From sequence record MT939492.1: 64,000 bases of DNA. One strand, given 5' to 3'. Below the pieces are notes generated by a model. The model was given only the letters and a program-made list of their open reading frames with translations. It made no database searches and was not told the DNA's origin. Positions 1 to 9,993 of the stretch are shown piece after piece (the first letter of the stretch is position 1; each line of letters begins with the position of its first letter). Made by a program: the position numbers and the translations under genes.

Positions 1-1
1 C

Positions 2-1507
2 GGCCTTGACCAGCGAAGGCGTCATGTACCGCGTGTTCAGCGAACCTTCCAGCGCTTCCTGCGTATTGGCAATCGCGTAGTTCTGGACAGAGCCCAGTCC
101 CACTTGTGCCTTGGTCACTTCGTGCGGGTTGTCCTTGCGGCTGGAGTGCTGACCGACGACGTCCGTCATTTGTGCAGCAATGGCCTGCTTGGTACGCGCC
201 GGGGTCATGTAGGCCGTGTTGATGTCACCGGACTCAGCCTGCTGCTGCGTTGCGATCGGGTAATCCTGGACCGACCCCAGACCCACCTGCGCCTTGGAGA
301 CACGGTGCGGGTTGTCGTAGTTGGTCACGTGACCACCGGTCAGCTCGCCACTGATCTGATTGACCATGTAGCGAACCAGCAGCGGCGTCATGTAGCGATC
401 GTCACGCTCACCAGCCAGAGCTTCCTGCTCGGTTGCGATCGGGTAGTTCTGCACGAAGTTCAGGCCAACCTGCGCCTTGGTCACCTTGTGCGGATTACCG
501 AAATCGTTGGCATGGGACGTGAACAGATCACCCACCTGCTTCTTGACGGCCTGCGCGGTACGCTGGGGCGTCATGTAGCGAGTGGAGGACGTACCGTCTT
601 CGGCTTCACCCTGCGTGGCGATGGCATAGTTCAGCACGCTACCCAGACCGACTTGCGCCTTGGTGACTGCATGCGGATTCTGCTTGTCCTGGAGGTGCGC
701 TTCCAGGCGCTGGTCCAGAATCGCATTGACACGCAGCGACACGCCCGCAGGGGTCATGTAGCGCTGGTTGCTGCCGCCGTTGGTCGCTTCGACGTCCGAG
801 GCGATGGGGTAGTCGGACACGTTGCCGAGACCGACCTGACCCTTGGTGACCTTGTGCGGGTTGTCTTCATCGTTGGCGTGCTCGTCGAACAGACCACGCA
901 TGGTCGCGATGCGACCGTCCAGCTGCGAGATCTTGTTGTTGACGTGCGCCATGATGGCGTCTTCCACGGCACCGGAACCGGTCAGGATCGCAGTGACCAT
1001 GTTCTCCAGAACGGGGATCAGGTACTCGAAGCCGTAGAGGTCGCCGATATCGTGCAAGTGGTCCGACGGAGCGAACGTCTCGGGCAGGCCGATGATGTCG
1101 CCCCAGTACACCGGACGGTTGTCGATGTTGAGGTTGTCGATGGCATCCTGCAGCGCGCCGGCCGAAACACTGAACTCACCGCCCACGACCTGGTAGAAGA
1201 TCTCCAGATCCGAGGGGACGAGGGTGTCGGTGATGACGATGGCGCAGCAGACTTCCAGACCCGTGACGACCGAGGCATCCTGATAGAACTCGGTGCACAC
1301 GTACTGCGTCTTGGGTTCCAGAACCTTGCCGGTGGATTTGACGCGGACCCGCAGGCCTTCGGTGTAGAAGGCGCCGTACTTGGGGACGATGACACGATTC
1401 TTCCGGCTCGCCGACGTCGCACCGATGTTGTGCGGCTCCGCCTGAACCAGATTGTTCGTGCTCCGCCCGGTCAGGTCCAGGGGATAACGAATGATGAGCG
1501 AGGGCAT
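2..1507 (-). CDS. Tail fibre / virion structural protein with NPHxVTKAQVGLG repeats (3' end runs off the window start)
   Basis: Not in the ORF track. I translated it from ATG at 1507: MPSLIIRYPLDLTGRSTNNLVQAEPHNIG..., and the frame at the window start reads ...NPHEVTKAQVGLGSVQNYAIANTQEALEGSLNTRYMTPSLVKA. At least 5 repeats of ~49 aa are present. Paralogue of the adjacent gene. Confidence 0.85.
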   Translation of the reverse strand, partial: MPSLIIRYPLDLTGRSTNNLVQAEPHNIGATSASRKNRVIVPKYGAFYTEGLRVRVKSTGKVLEPKTQYVCTEFYQDASVVTGLEVCCAIVITDTLVPSDLEIFYQVVGGEFSVSAGALQDAIDNLNIDNRPVYWGDIIGLPETFAPSDHLHDIGDLYGFEYLIPVLENMVTAILTGSGAVEDAIMAHVNNKISQLDGRIATMRGLFDEHANDEDNPHKVTKGQVGLGNVSDYPIASDVEATNGGSNQRYMTPAGVSLRVNAILDQRLEAHLQDKQNPHAVTKAQVGLGSVLNYAIATQGEAEDGTSSTRYMTPQRTAQAVKKQVGDLFTSHANDFGNPHKVTKAQVGLNFVQNYPIATEQEALAGERDDRYMTPLLVRYMVNQISGELTGGHVTNYDNPHRVSKAQVGLGSVQDYPIATQQQAESGDINTAYMTPARTKQAIAAQMTDVVGQHSSRKDNPHEVTKAQVGLGSVQNYAIANTQEALEGSLNTRYMTPSLVKA

Positions 1508-1563
1508 GTTGACTCCGTGAAAGCTTGGCGGGAGGATTACTCCCGCCTAACCGGATGGATGAC

Positions 1564-3831
1564 TTAGGCGGCCAGACCGAATGCGACGTAGCTCCAACCC
1601 TGCACACCGATACCGTCCCAGCGGAAGCGGAAACCGGTAGCGCCAACGCCGTCGACGGACTGCATCGAGCGGGAAGGCGAGCCGTTGGTGATGTCGTGAG
1701 ACAGCGCCACGGTGGCGGGGCGGTTGGCGAACTGACGCATGAACGGGGTGAAGATGTTGTTCTGCGTGCTGGAGATCCAGCCGAAGCAGACCAAGATCGG
1801 CCCGATGCGAGCGTAGCCACGCTGACCGTTGCCGTAGTTCTCCACGTTGCCCGAACCATCGCCGATACCCAGCGATACCAGGTACTGACGCAGCGCATCT
1901 GCCGGAACGTAGCGACCGCCCGTACCGTTGCCGATATCCCATGCGGACGCGGCAGGCCAGTCGTTCAGGCTACCCAGGCCGACTTGACCCTTGTCGGTCC
2001 GATGCGGATTGTTGTAATCCCGCTTATGCAGATCGATGTTCGGGTCGGGCTGCGAGGCGGTGTGAACACGACCCATGACGGTAGCGTCAACCTGCGCCGT
2101 GATCTCGCCGCCGCTCCATGCCAGATAGATCTGGTTGCCGCTGCTGTTGCGAACCTGCTTGTAATCTTCCACGTTGCCAAGACCGATCTGGCTCTTGGTC
2201 ACACCGTGGGGATTGTCGCGGCGAGCGGAATGCACGTCGGTGTAAGCCTTGGCGCGATTCTCGGCAGCAACTGCAACTGCATCGGTCTGAGCGATGGTGT
2301 AGGCGCCAACCTGGGCAGCAGTCACCTGATGCGGGTTGTTGCGCAGAGCAACGAACGGATCGAAGACCGTGGTCTTGAAGTTGTCGATCGCTTCCTTGGT
2401 ACGCAGCGGCGTCATGTACTTGACGTTGGACGTACCCTGGATAGCTTCCGGCGACGTAGCGATCGCGTAGTTCTCAACCGACCCCAAGCCCACCTGTGCT
2501 TTGGTGACCTGATGCGGGTTGGTCTTGTCGTCGATGTGCGCCTGCAGCAGCTTGCCCGCCTGCTCCTGGATGGCCTGAGCCGTCCGCAACGGAGTCATGT
2601 ATCGGGTGTTGAGGATACCGTCCCTGGCTTCCTGCTCGCTCGGAACTGCGTAGTTCTCCACCAGCGCCAGACCAACCTGCGCACGGGTCACCCGGTGCGG
2701 ATTGGTGTAGTCGGTGATGTGTTCGTCGAGCATGGTGCCAGCCACGGCCTGCACCAGTGCCTTACCGGACGCAGGCGTCAGGTAGCGGTTGGTCAGAGCA
2801 GCGGCGGCGGCCTCTTGGTTGGTCGCCGGCTGATAGTTCTGCACCAGGCCCAGACCCACCTGTTCCTTGGTCACCTTGTGAGGGTTGTCCAGGTCGGTGA
2901 CGTGGTTGAGCAGATCCTGCCCAACGCTCTGGCTGATGGTGTGCTTCAAACCTGCCGGAGTCACGTACAGGTTGAAAGCCGTACCCGTCAGGGTCTGGGC
3001 ATTGTCAGCCGTGCCGTAGTTCTGTACCAGCCCCAGGCCTACCTGCGTCTTGGTGACCGCATGCGGGTTATCGCGCCGCGCGACGAAAGCATCGAAGTCG
3101 GTGCGGACCTGGAAGCTGATCGCCTGCTTGACGCGCAGCGGGGTCATGTAACGATCTTCGACCGTACCCTGCTCTGCCTGCGGACGCGTGGAGATGGCGT
3201 AGTTCTCCACCAGACCGAGGCCAACTTGCGCCTTGGTGACCTGGTGAGGATTGTTGCGGTTGCCTAGATGCTGGGAGAACTCGTCGCTCTGTCGGGCATA
3301 GATCGCATCAACGATCTTCTCCAACACTTCGACGGTTTCCTTCATACCCACCAGATCGTCCAGATACCACTCATGGTCGGTCGGCGGGAAGCGAGTCGGG
3401 CGATCGTCCACCTCTTCCCAGGAGGTGATGCGCGGGTTGCCCAGCGCATTGGCAACGATCTCGATTGCCTTCTGCGGATCGACGGTCCAGTCACCGCCAA
3501 CGCACTGATACTCGGCCAGTTCAACGACACCGGCGAGCTGCTTGTTGAGGATGGTGATCGAACCGTAGACCGGCTTGGCCGTGGAGCGCGACGCACCGAT
3601 GAAGAAATGCGTCGCCAGCCAGTCAATGCCGTGGACCATCGGACGCCGTGCGCCGCCTTCCTCACGGAAGAACAGCTTCATGGTGTCCTTGAAGTACGGC
3701 GCTGCCTTCGGGATCAGGAAGTAATAGTCCGAACTATTCGGAGGCGAGATGACCTGGAACTCATTGGTCACCTTATTTGCGGGCTTCGTCCCGGTCGGGT
3801 CGAAATCCCACGAGACTTTGTTGTCCGGCAT
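1564..3831 (-). CDS. Tail fibre protein, 8 NPH-VTK repeats, C-terminal receptor-binding-like domain
   Basis: Track ORF 1564..4032; the likely start is MPDNKVSWDFDPTG at 3831 (GGAG upstream). Eight NPHxVTxxQVGLG units, then a NQIYLAWSGGEITAQVD fibre module and a C-terminal GYARIGPILVCFGW beta domain typical of fibre tips. Confidence 0.85.
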   Translation of the reverse strand: MPDNKVSWDFDPTGTKPANKVTNEFQVISPPNSSDYYFLIPKAAPYFKDTMKLFFREEGGARRPMVHGIDWLATHFFIGASRSTAKPVYGSITILNKQLAGVVELAEYQCVGGDWTVDPQKAIEIVANALGNPRITSWEEVDDRPTRFPPTDHEWYLDDLVGMKETVEVLEKIVDAIYARQSDEFSQHLGNRNNPHQVTKAQVGLGLVENYAISTRPQAEQGTVEDRYMTPLRVKQAISFQVRTDFDAFVARRDNPHAVTKTQVGLGLVQNYGTADNAQTLTGTAFNLYVTPAGLKHTISQSVGQDLLNHVTDLDNPHKVTKEQVGLGLVQNYQPATNQEAAAAALTNRYLTPASGKALVQAVAGTMLDEHITDYTNPHRVTRAQVGLALVENYAVPSEQEARDGILNTRYMTPLRTAQAIQEQAGKLLQAHIDDKTNPHQVTKAQVGLGSVENYAIATSPEAIQGTSNVKYMTPLRTKEAIDNFKTTVFDPFVALRNNPHQVTAAQVGAYTIAQTDAVAVAAENRAKAYTDVHSARRDNPHGVTKSQIGLGNVEDYKQVRNSSGNQIYLAWSGGEITAQVDATVMGRVHTASQPDPNIDLHKRDYNNPHRTDKGQVGLGSLNDWPAASAWDIGNGTGGRYVPADALRQYLVSLGIGDGSGNVENYGNGQRGYARIGPILVCFGWISSTQNNIFTPFMRQFANRPATVALSHDITNGSPSRSMQSVDGVGATGFRFRWDGIGVQGWSYVAFGLAA

Positions 3832-3944
3832 GGTGGGCTCCAGCTGTGCGTAGACACTACCTTGGTTGTTAAAAATTACATGCACCATACCATAACGGGT
3901 CGGTCTCGCCTCTGAGGTATCGTATAGATTAGGCAAAGGAGCCA

Positions 3945-5189
3945 GTGATGCCCTACACGTACAAAGCCGCCCGCGTGCGTGGGCGTTTGAGCAGTTCCGT
4001 TTGGGAAGATATCGATGCCAGCAACAAGGCAATCGATGACCTGCTCACCGACTACTCCAAGGTCTATCTGACGCTGCGCCATCAGCTGATCGATCACGAC
4101 CTTTTCCTGCTGCTCTCCGACGCACAGGAAATGATCCCCAACCGCGTACCGTCCTATACGGTCAAGGAGTGGCTGGCACTGATCGGCGACCGTACACTGC
4201 CGACTCTCGACAAGATGCCTGACCCCTACTACGGCAAGCTGCGTTACAACGACGCCTTCCGTGCGGGCTACGGTATCCAGCCGACCATCTCCACGCAGCA
4301 CCACGAGGCTGACCTGCCTACCAGCGCCAAGCCTGACCTGATGCTCACCAAGGCCGGGGTGGACTACAAGGAGATGTACAAGTATTGCCTGGCTTCGGTC
4401 AACGGCATGTTCCATCCCACGGCCGCTGGCCCGGATGGCTTCTACATCATCGATGGTGCGCGTCAGAGCCGTATCGCCAACGAATCGATCGTGGGCCTGT
4501 ACAACTTCAAGCAGCTCGGCGAGATCGAGATCATTCCGATCACTGCGGACATGCTGTACAAGACCCATCCTCGTCAGGAGTACAAGACGGCGGTCAACTT
4601 GCAGATCCCCAAGTCCACCTCGGGCAAGGCGGTGCTGATGGTGATCGGCGGCTACCTGCACGTGCTGGACAACAGTTACAAGCAAGTGGGCGATGGTCTG
4701 ATCAAGATCGACTTCGCCAACCTGCCGTGGCTGGAGCGTTACTACGAGTCGCGCAAGTTGCTGGATCTGAGCATGCTCAACTTCAGCGAGTCCTCGGTCA
4801 ACGTCAACCAGATCACGCTGGAAGACCTGTACAGCGAAGAGAACATCACCGCTTACCTGACCATGGCCAACTCGTTCGTAGTGCTGGTTGACACCGAGCA
4901 GCTCTACATCGATCGTCACTTCGTTGAGAAGACCGGACTGAACGGGCGCTACATCTCCCACATCAATCCGGACATGCCGCTGTTTGGTGGCATCGGTCGT
5001 GTGTACGAATACTGGCCGGTGGAAGAAGACGGCGACTACGTACTCCAGACGTTGGACAACACGGTGGACATGTTCACCGCCAATACCACCAACTGGAAGA
5101 CGCAGACCTCCATCGACAACACGCGCTACACCAAGAACCCGTTCTTCTTCTCCAAGGCCTTCTTCCTCGAAGTGGGCCGCATCGAGTAA
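3945..5189 (+). CDS. Conserved phiKZ-like hypothetical / putative virion structural protein (414 aa)
   Basis: Long ORF with phage codon bias and AAGGAG RBS; divergent from the fibre genes; followed by a hairpin. Confidence 0.75.
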   Translation: MMPYTYKAARVRGRLSSSVWEDIDASNKAIDDLLTDYSKVYLTLRHQLIDHDLFLLLSDAQEMIPNRVPSYTVKEWLALIGDRTLPTLDKMPDPYYGKLRYNDAFRAGYGIQPTISTQHHEADLPTSAKPDLMLTKAGVDYKEMYKYCLASVNGMFHPTAAGPDGFYIIDGARQSRIANESIVGLYNFKQLGEIEIIPITADMLYKTHPRQEYKTAVNLQIPKSTSGKAVLMVIGGYLHVLDNSYKQVGDGLIKIDFANLPWLERYYESRKLLDLSMLNFSESSVNVNQITLEDLYSEENITAYLTMANSFVVLVDTEQLYIDRHFVEKTGLNGRYISHINPDMPLFGGIGRVYEYWPVEEDGDYVLQTLDNTVDMFTANTTNWKTQTSIDNTRYTKNPFFFSKAFFLEVGRIE

Positions 5190-5200
5190 ACGGCATAAAA

Positions 5201-5232
5201 GCATAGAGTCGGGCGCAGGCCCGACTCTATGC
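5201..5232. terminator. Perfect 14-bp hairpin GCATAGAGTCGGGC-GCAG-GCCCGACTCTATGC between convergent genes
   Basis: Inverted repeat read directly from the sequence. Confidence 0.75.
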
Positions 5233-5256
5233 CCTAACCCGGAAGAAGTCCTTCTC

Positions 5257-5712
5257 TTAACCCTCGCCGACGGCCGTAGCCTTCGGCTGATTCATTTCCT
5301 GGATCATGCGAATTACCTTGCGGGTATCTTCGCGCATCTGGGAAAGATCGTATTTCAGCCATGCCGGGCATCTGGAGATCACCTGAGAAATCAGGAGGTC
5401 CAGATCAGCGCCACAAATGGCACCCAGACATGTGAGGTCTTCCTTCCGGGCATCGTCTTTCCACACCAACGGAGTGAGGAGTGACGGGAACTCGAAAGCT
5501 TGCCCGTTCTCGCGAACGAGCTGCTCGAAGACCGTGTTGAGCTTGGCCATCACCATCCGGTCCATACGCTTGCTGGCGGACAAGTGCATGTAGAGGGTGA
5601 CGGCGAAGATCACTTGCTTGACGTGCAGAGAAACCGCACGCGAAAAGAAGTCACTGAAGAACGAGCCCAGCGACGTCTTCATCGACGTGGAAATGGATCC
5701 GCTGACATTCAT
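5257..5712 (-). CDS. Hypothetical protein (~151 aa)
   Basis: Fills the gap downstream of RNase H on the same strand and ends at the shared hairpin; start codon uncertain. Confidence 0.55.
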   Translation of the reverse strand: MNVSGSISTSMKTSLGSFFSDFFSRAVSLHVKQVIFAVTLYMHLSASKRMDRMVMAKLNTVFEQLVRENGQAFEFPSLLTPLVWKDDARKEDLTCLGAICGADLDLLISQVISRCPAWLKYDLSQMREDTRKVIRMIQEMNQPKATAVGEG

Positions 5713-5780
5713 GTAAGGTGTCTCAAAGGCAGCTTCAACGTAAAAACTCCCTGTCCCCTTGGAAGAGGACAGGCCCTGGT

Positions 5781-7304
5781 TTACCGTGGCAACAACACGA
5801 GGTTGGAGTACGGGCTCGAATAGATCGCCGCATCGTCAACCGTCTCGACAACGGTGGCGAAGCGGAAAGCCTGCCCGGATTCTTTCCACGTAACGATCGT
5901 GATCTTAGGCGACAGTTCCGCAATCGCACTAAGGGTGTTACGAACAGCGATATCCTGACCCAGGGTCAAACAAAGCTTCGCCTGTCCCCGATGCGTGTCA
6001 GTGTCGAATCCGACCATGGCCTCGAAGGACTTCATGGAGCTACTGACTTCAGGGAGAAGCTTGGTCTTGCTTGCGGACTTACCCGGGGTGGATACATAGA
6101 GTAGGTCGGTAATGTCGGTGTAGACCATTCCTTCCTTTCTCTCCAGCGTCGCCTCCAGGATGCTCTCCAGCGTACCGAGAACTTCCAGCGCACGGAAAGC
6201 CATACGCGGTGGATTGAGTTCTTCAGTCAGCGGGAGGTGGCGGGCCGTGTTGGTCGACTTGGAGTTCTTGTCGTCATCCTGACGAATCTGGTACACACCG
6301 CCGACCAGCGAGATATCCAGACGACGCTGATTACCGCGCGTCATGAACGTATCGCCGTATTCCAGGATGTCAGCGTAGACGTCCTTGTGCAGGATGTGCT
6401 TGAGCTTGCCGAACATCAGCGAGTTGGCAGTGGAGCGATCCACCTGGTTCTGGTAGGTACGCACCAGTTCCATCACCGGGTCGGTGTGCTTCAAGAACAT
6501 CACGCTATAGCACGAGTTGGCAATCGGCTTGCCGTGGTACTCGATCTTTTCCTGCAGATCGCAGGTGTAGTAGATCGTGCGTCCATCCTTGGATGCGTTC
6601 TCGGTGCTGATGTGGGTGTTGAACAACCACCCTGCCTGATAGATCAGGCGATTGCGATCGTTGTCCCGGTTCCAGTAACCCTTGGCCGGGGTGAGGTCTC
6701 GAACATTGAGGACGACGTTGTTCATCGACGCCGACACTGCCCGTGTTGCCAGACTGTCCGCCAGAACGTTACCGAGGTTGCCGCTGTGGCCCTTGACCCA
6801 GTTGTAACGGGTCTTGACGCCTGCGTCTTCCACTTCACGTTTCAGGGCGAGCAGCTGTTCCCACAATTTTCGGTTAGGCACTTCATTGCCGTCCGGTCGC
6901 ATCCACCCGCGACTCTCCCAGCCCTTGTGCCATTCGGTCATGCCCTTCAGCACGTACTGACTGTCCAAGTGCATGGTCACCGCTTTAAGTCCGTGGTTAC
7001 GGACAAAGGTGAATGCTTCAATCGCCGCCATCAACTCAGCGATGTTATTGGTAGATCCGTCCGGGAGCGTCCCGAAGAAGTCGACGTACTCGACGACCGT
7101 AATCGAGGGCTTGCCCGCAGCTTTCATTTCGTAGCCACCCGCTTCCGGGTTGGCCTTTGGACAGCCCGAACCCTGCTTGGGCGCTTCCAGAGTAAAGGTG
7201 TAGCCATGAATGCCCCAGCCGCCAGGGCCGCGTGGTGGCATGCACCCGCCGTCGGTGTAGAGTACCGCGTGGGTCGCTTTGATTTCTTCGTTCTTCTCTG
7301 CCAT
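5781..7304 (-). CDS. rnhA: Ribonuclease HI with long C-terminal extension
   Basis: RNase HI motifs YTDGG, TNNIAEL, LDSQYV and WVKGHSGNLGNVLAD in the N-terminal ~190 aa. Confidence 0.9.
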   Translation of the reverse strand: MAEKNEEIKATHAVLYTDGGCMPPRGPGGWGIHGYTFTLEAPKQGSGCPKANPEAGGYEMKAAGKPSITVVEYVDFFGTLPDGSTNNIAELMAAIEAFTFVRNHGLKAVTMHLDSQYVLKGMTEWHKGWESRGWMRPDGNEVPNRKLWEQLLALKREVEDAGVKTRYNWVKGHSGNLGNVLADSLATRAVSASMNNVVLNVRDLTPAKGYWNRDNDRNRLIYQAGWLFNTHISTENASKDGRTIYYTCDLQEKIEYHGKPIANSCYSVMFLKHTDPVMELVRTYQNQVDRSTANSLMFGKLKHILHKDVYADILEYGDTFMTRGNQRRLDISLVGGVYQIRQDDDKNSKSTNTARHLPLTEELNPPRMAFRALEVLGTLESILEATLERKEGMVYTDITDLLYVSTPGKSASKTKLLPEVSSSMKSFEAMVGFDTDTHRGQAKLCLTLGQDIAVRNTLSAIAELSPKITIVTWKESGQAFRFATVVETVDDAAIYSSPYSNLVLLPR

Positions 7305-7356
7305 GTCACAACCGCCGCTAGTTTCCTATCTGATTGGTGGTTCAGGTAAAGAAATA

Positions 7357-7908
7357 CTAGCGACGGCGATGGCCACCTGTGTCGAATGCCGGAGTGACAC
7401 TCGGTCCAGGTTCGGTCGTTGTGACAGGCGGTGCAGGCGGGACTTCGTCTCGCTTCAGAGCCTCGATCCTGTCTACGAGCTGGGAGGTTTCCGGCGTGGC
7501 ATTTGCAGCCTCACGTCGAACCGCAGGAGTCTTACCGTCGCGTGCCAACAGGGCGTTGGTCAAATCCGTGACCAGCAACAGTGACTCTGCGTACTTCGCC
7601 TCAAAGCGTACAGACCTCGTACGCTCCAGTTCAAGATCTTCCACCAGTGTCTTGACCTTACCCTGCTCCACTTCCAACTGGTACTTCATCAGTTCCTTCT
7701 GATGGAACGTCGTACCAGCGGCGGTGTTGTAGGTGATGACCTTATCGGCCATGTACAAGAACATCAGGAACAGCAGGATGTTCAGTACCGTCATCGCAGT
7801 GATGATCTTGTTCTTGCGGACAACCTCTTTCAGATCTGCATTACCCAGGACCACTTCCTTGAGGAAGGGCCAGATAGCGAGAAGCCCCTTGAGCAGGCTG
7901 TACAGCAT
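7357..7908 (-). CDS. Membrane-anchored coiled-coil protein (183 aa)
   Basis: Hydrophobic segment IITAMTVLNILLFLMFLYM, then heptad-rich helix and a Pro/Thr-rich tail; GGGG RBS-like site upstream. Confidence 0.7.
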   Translation of the reverse strand: MLYSLLKGLLAIWPFLKEVVLGNADLKEVVRKNKIITAMTVLNILLFLMFLYMADKVITYNTAAGTTFHQKELMKYQLEVEQGKVKTLVEDLELERTRSVRFEAKYAESLLLVTDLTNALLARDGKTPAVRREAANATPETSQLVDRIEALKRDEVPPAPPVTTTEPGPSVTPAFDTGGHRRR

Positions 7909-7986
7909 TTTACGTTTCCCCCGTGGGAGTAATGGTATGGCTTCTCATAGTGATCTTTCTCCAAACTTCAGCACCGAGGTGTTTAG

Positions 7987-9330
7987 ATGCTTAACCTGAA
8001 GGGCTTTATGGTCATTGGACCAATGGCCGACAACGCACCCAATGTCGTGGCTGACTTCGGTGAGATCTCCGCCAAGGCGCTGACCTACGCAACTGACCGC
8101 CTGCTGTACACCTCGCCGGAAGCCAAGGGCGTGGGTCTGGTGGTCTTCCAGAGCATCGAGGAAGGTGACGACGCAACCGTCGAGCCGCCCTTCGATATCC
8201 ACGACAACATCCTGCGCATCGGTGCGTGGTGCTACACCGCATCCGAGCAGGGCATCATCACTGGCACCCGTGAGGACTTCCTCACTGCCCTGATGAACGA
8301 GTGGGGCGACAAGATCGACAACGTGACCTTCGGCGATCTGATCACCGATGGCTCGCGCTGGATGCCGGAGTTCCTGACCTGGGAACTGACCGCAGGTTCG
8401 AACGTCCCCGAGAACCGACTGAAGATCTGGTTCTCCGACAAGGCCTTCCGTCTGCAGTACGACGCGTACACCATCCGCGTAGTGCCGCCGATCGACAACC
8501 TGGACGACTTCTTCGCTGACCCGCTGGACGTGCAGGCGCTGGTCAACCTGCGCAGCGTGAGCGAAACGCTGGAGCGCGTCGATACCGCTGCCGATGGTTC
8601 CCCGTACACCACCGTTCGTGCCGACGTGTTCGATTACCAGGATCCCCTGGACCCGACCTTCAAGGTGCCGACGAACTGGACCACGATCCATTACGGTATC
8701 GCGGGCAACAACATCGACACGATCAAGGAAGAGATCGTCAAGCACATCCTGGAGAACTCCACCCATCCTCGTGAGGACTGGGTCAAGATCTTCCCGGATC
8801 TGTTCACCAGCACCGAGTTTATCATGATTCCGAACTGGCTGCAATACGCCACGGAAAACAAGACTCACCAGGCTGGTATCTTCTCTCCGATCCTGCGCCA
8901 CAAGGACGGCCTGCAGCTGGCCACCTGGGCCTGCAAGAGCCCCGGCTATACCCAGGACCACATCATCGAGTACGGCTCGACTCTGCCGGTGATGTTCAAG
9001 TCCATGGCGCTGATGGTCGTGGGTGGTCCGGAGAACCGCAACGGCACCTTCCTGCTGACTGACTACGTGAAGGACTACATCAACGTGCCTGCCACGTCGA
9101 TCGACTTCTCGCGCCAGTCCCCGGAAACCCGCGAATGGACTCACCTGATCGCCACGCTGTTGGTGGCTGCCGAGACCATGACCGAGTTCTCCGACGTCCC
9201 GCAGAAGGTCAACCGCTTGATCCGCAACGGCGTCATCTATGCTGCTGCCAGCTTCAACAAGGTGCAGTACCTGGTGGTGGCCAAGGGCTGGCTGGAAAAG
9301 CAGACCGTGGCTCCCGTGCCGCAGACCTGA
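7987..9330 (+). CDS. Putative virion structural protein (447 aa, phiKZ gp157-like by position)
   Basis: Long ORF with strong C/G-ending codon bias and GAGG RBS; the family assignment is an inference from gene order. Confidence 0.7.
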   Translation: MLNLKGFMVIGPMADNAPNVVADFGEISAKALTYATDRLLYTSPEAKGVGLVVFQSIEEGDDATVEPPFDIHDNILRIGAWCYTASEQGIITGTREDFLTALMNEWGDKIDNVTFGDLITDGSRWMPEFLTWELTAGSNVPENRLKIWFSDKAFRLQYDAYTIRVVPPIDNLDDFFADPLDVQALVNLRSVSETLERVDTAADGSPYTTVRADVFDYQDPLDPTFKVPTNWTTIHYGIAGNNIDTIKEEIVKHILENSTHPREDWVKIFPDLFTSTEFIMIPNWLQYATENKTHQAGIFSPILRHKDGLQLATWACKSPGYTQDHIIEYGSTLPVMFKSMALMVVGGPENRNGTFLLTDYVKDYINVPATSIDFSRQSPETREWTHLIATLLVAAETMTEFSDVPQKVNRLIRNGVIYAAASFNKVQYLVVAKGWLEKQTVAPVPQT

Positions 9331-9335
9331 GGTGA

Positions 9336-9953
9336 GTGATGGCGAGTATCCTTCCGCCCATTGAAACCCAGGGTCAGTTCGAGCTGCGCTCACCCTGGGC
9401 AGCTGATGCATCCGTGGTCTACACGGTAAAAGCAATCCGTACGTTCCCGGAGCTTCTGCAAGCCGACATCGACATCTTCGCTGAGTTCTACCAGCCGATG
9501 GGTCTTGCAGAAAGTGACTACTTGGCCGACCAGTTGGGCGATGCTTGCATCGTCACGCTGATCTCGGACAAGAAAGCCACGATCAATGTCCCGGATACCT
9601 ATATTGCCAAGTACCCCGATCAGGACATCGTGCCCTACATGCGCACGATCCTGGCCGTCAACCTTGGCATGGTTCCGCGTGACACGCCGCTGCAGTTTGT
9701 GACTGACCAGGTGGCCGCTGCCGTTTCTTCGTCGTTCGGCATCGTACCTGCAATCTCCATCGCAGCAGCGCCCTCCACCGGCGCGGTGACCACGACGCAG
9801 CATGAAGCACTGGAACGTGCGCGAGCTGCTGCGACTACCAATCGTGACACCAATGAAGCCCGCTTGATCGCCGCCAACGCCGAGATCGCTCGGCTGCAGG
9901 CCATCATCAAGGACTACGAGCGCCAGATCATGGCACAGACCGTGATCGAGTAA
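9336..9953 (+). CDS. Putative virion structural protein (205 aa)
   Basis: Coupled to the previous gene with GAGGTG RBS; C-terminal coiled coil. Confidence 0.7.
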   Translation: MMASILPPIETQGQFELRSPWAADASVVYTVKAIRTFPELLQADIDIFAEFYQPMGLAESDYLADQLGDACIVTLISDKKATINVPDTYIAKYPDQDIVPYMRTILAVNLGMVPRDTPLQFVTDQVAAAVSSSFGIVPAISIAAAPSTGAVTTTQHEALERARAAATTNRDTNEARLIAANAEIARLQAIIKDYERQIMAQTVIE

Positions 9954-9957
9954 ACAA

Positions 9958-9990
9958 CATACGGGGAGGGGCACGTGCCCCTCCCCTATG
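9958..9990. terminator. CATA-GGGGAGGGGC/GCCCCTCCCC-TATG hairpin
   Basis: 10-bp stem between convergent genes. Confidence 0.75.
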
Positions 9991-9993
9991 CCG

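Noticed and set aside
104-3267. Long + strand ORFs 104..1567 and 1525..3267
   Set aside because: Antisense shadows of the minus-strand tail-fibre genes; their repeats are reverse complements of NPH-VTKAQVGLG, and GC-biased codon usage removes stops on the opposite strand.
2-3831. CRISPR array or diversity-generating retroelement near the tail fibres
   Set aside because: The repeats are in-frame protein repeats with synonymous divergence, not identical repeats with spacers. No reverse transcriptase or template/variable repeat pair is seen in the window.
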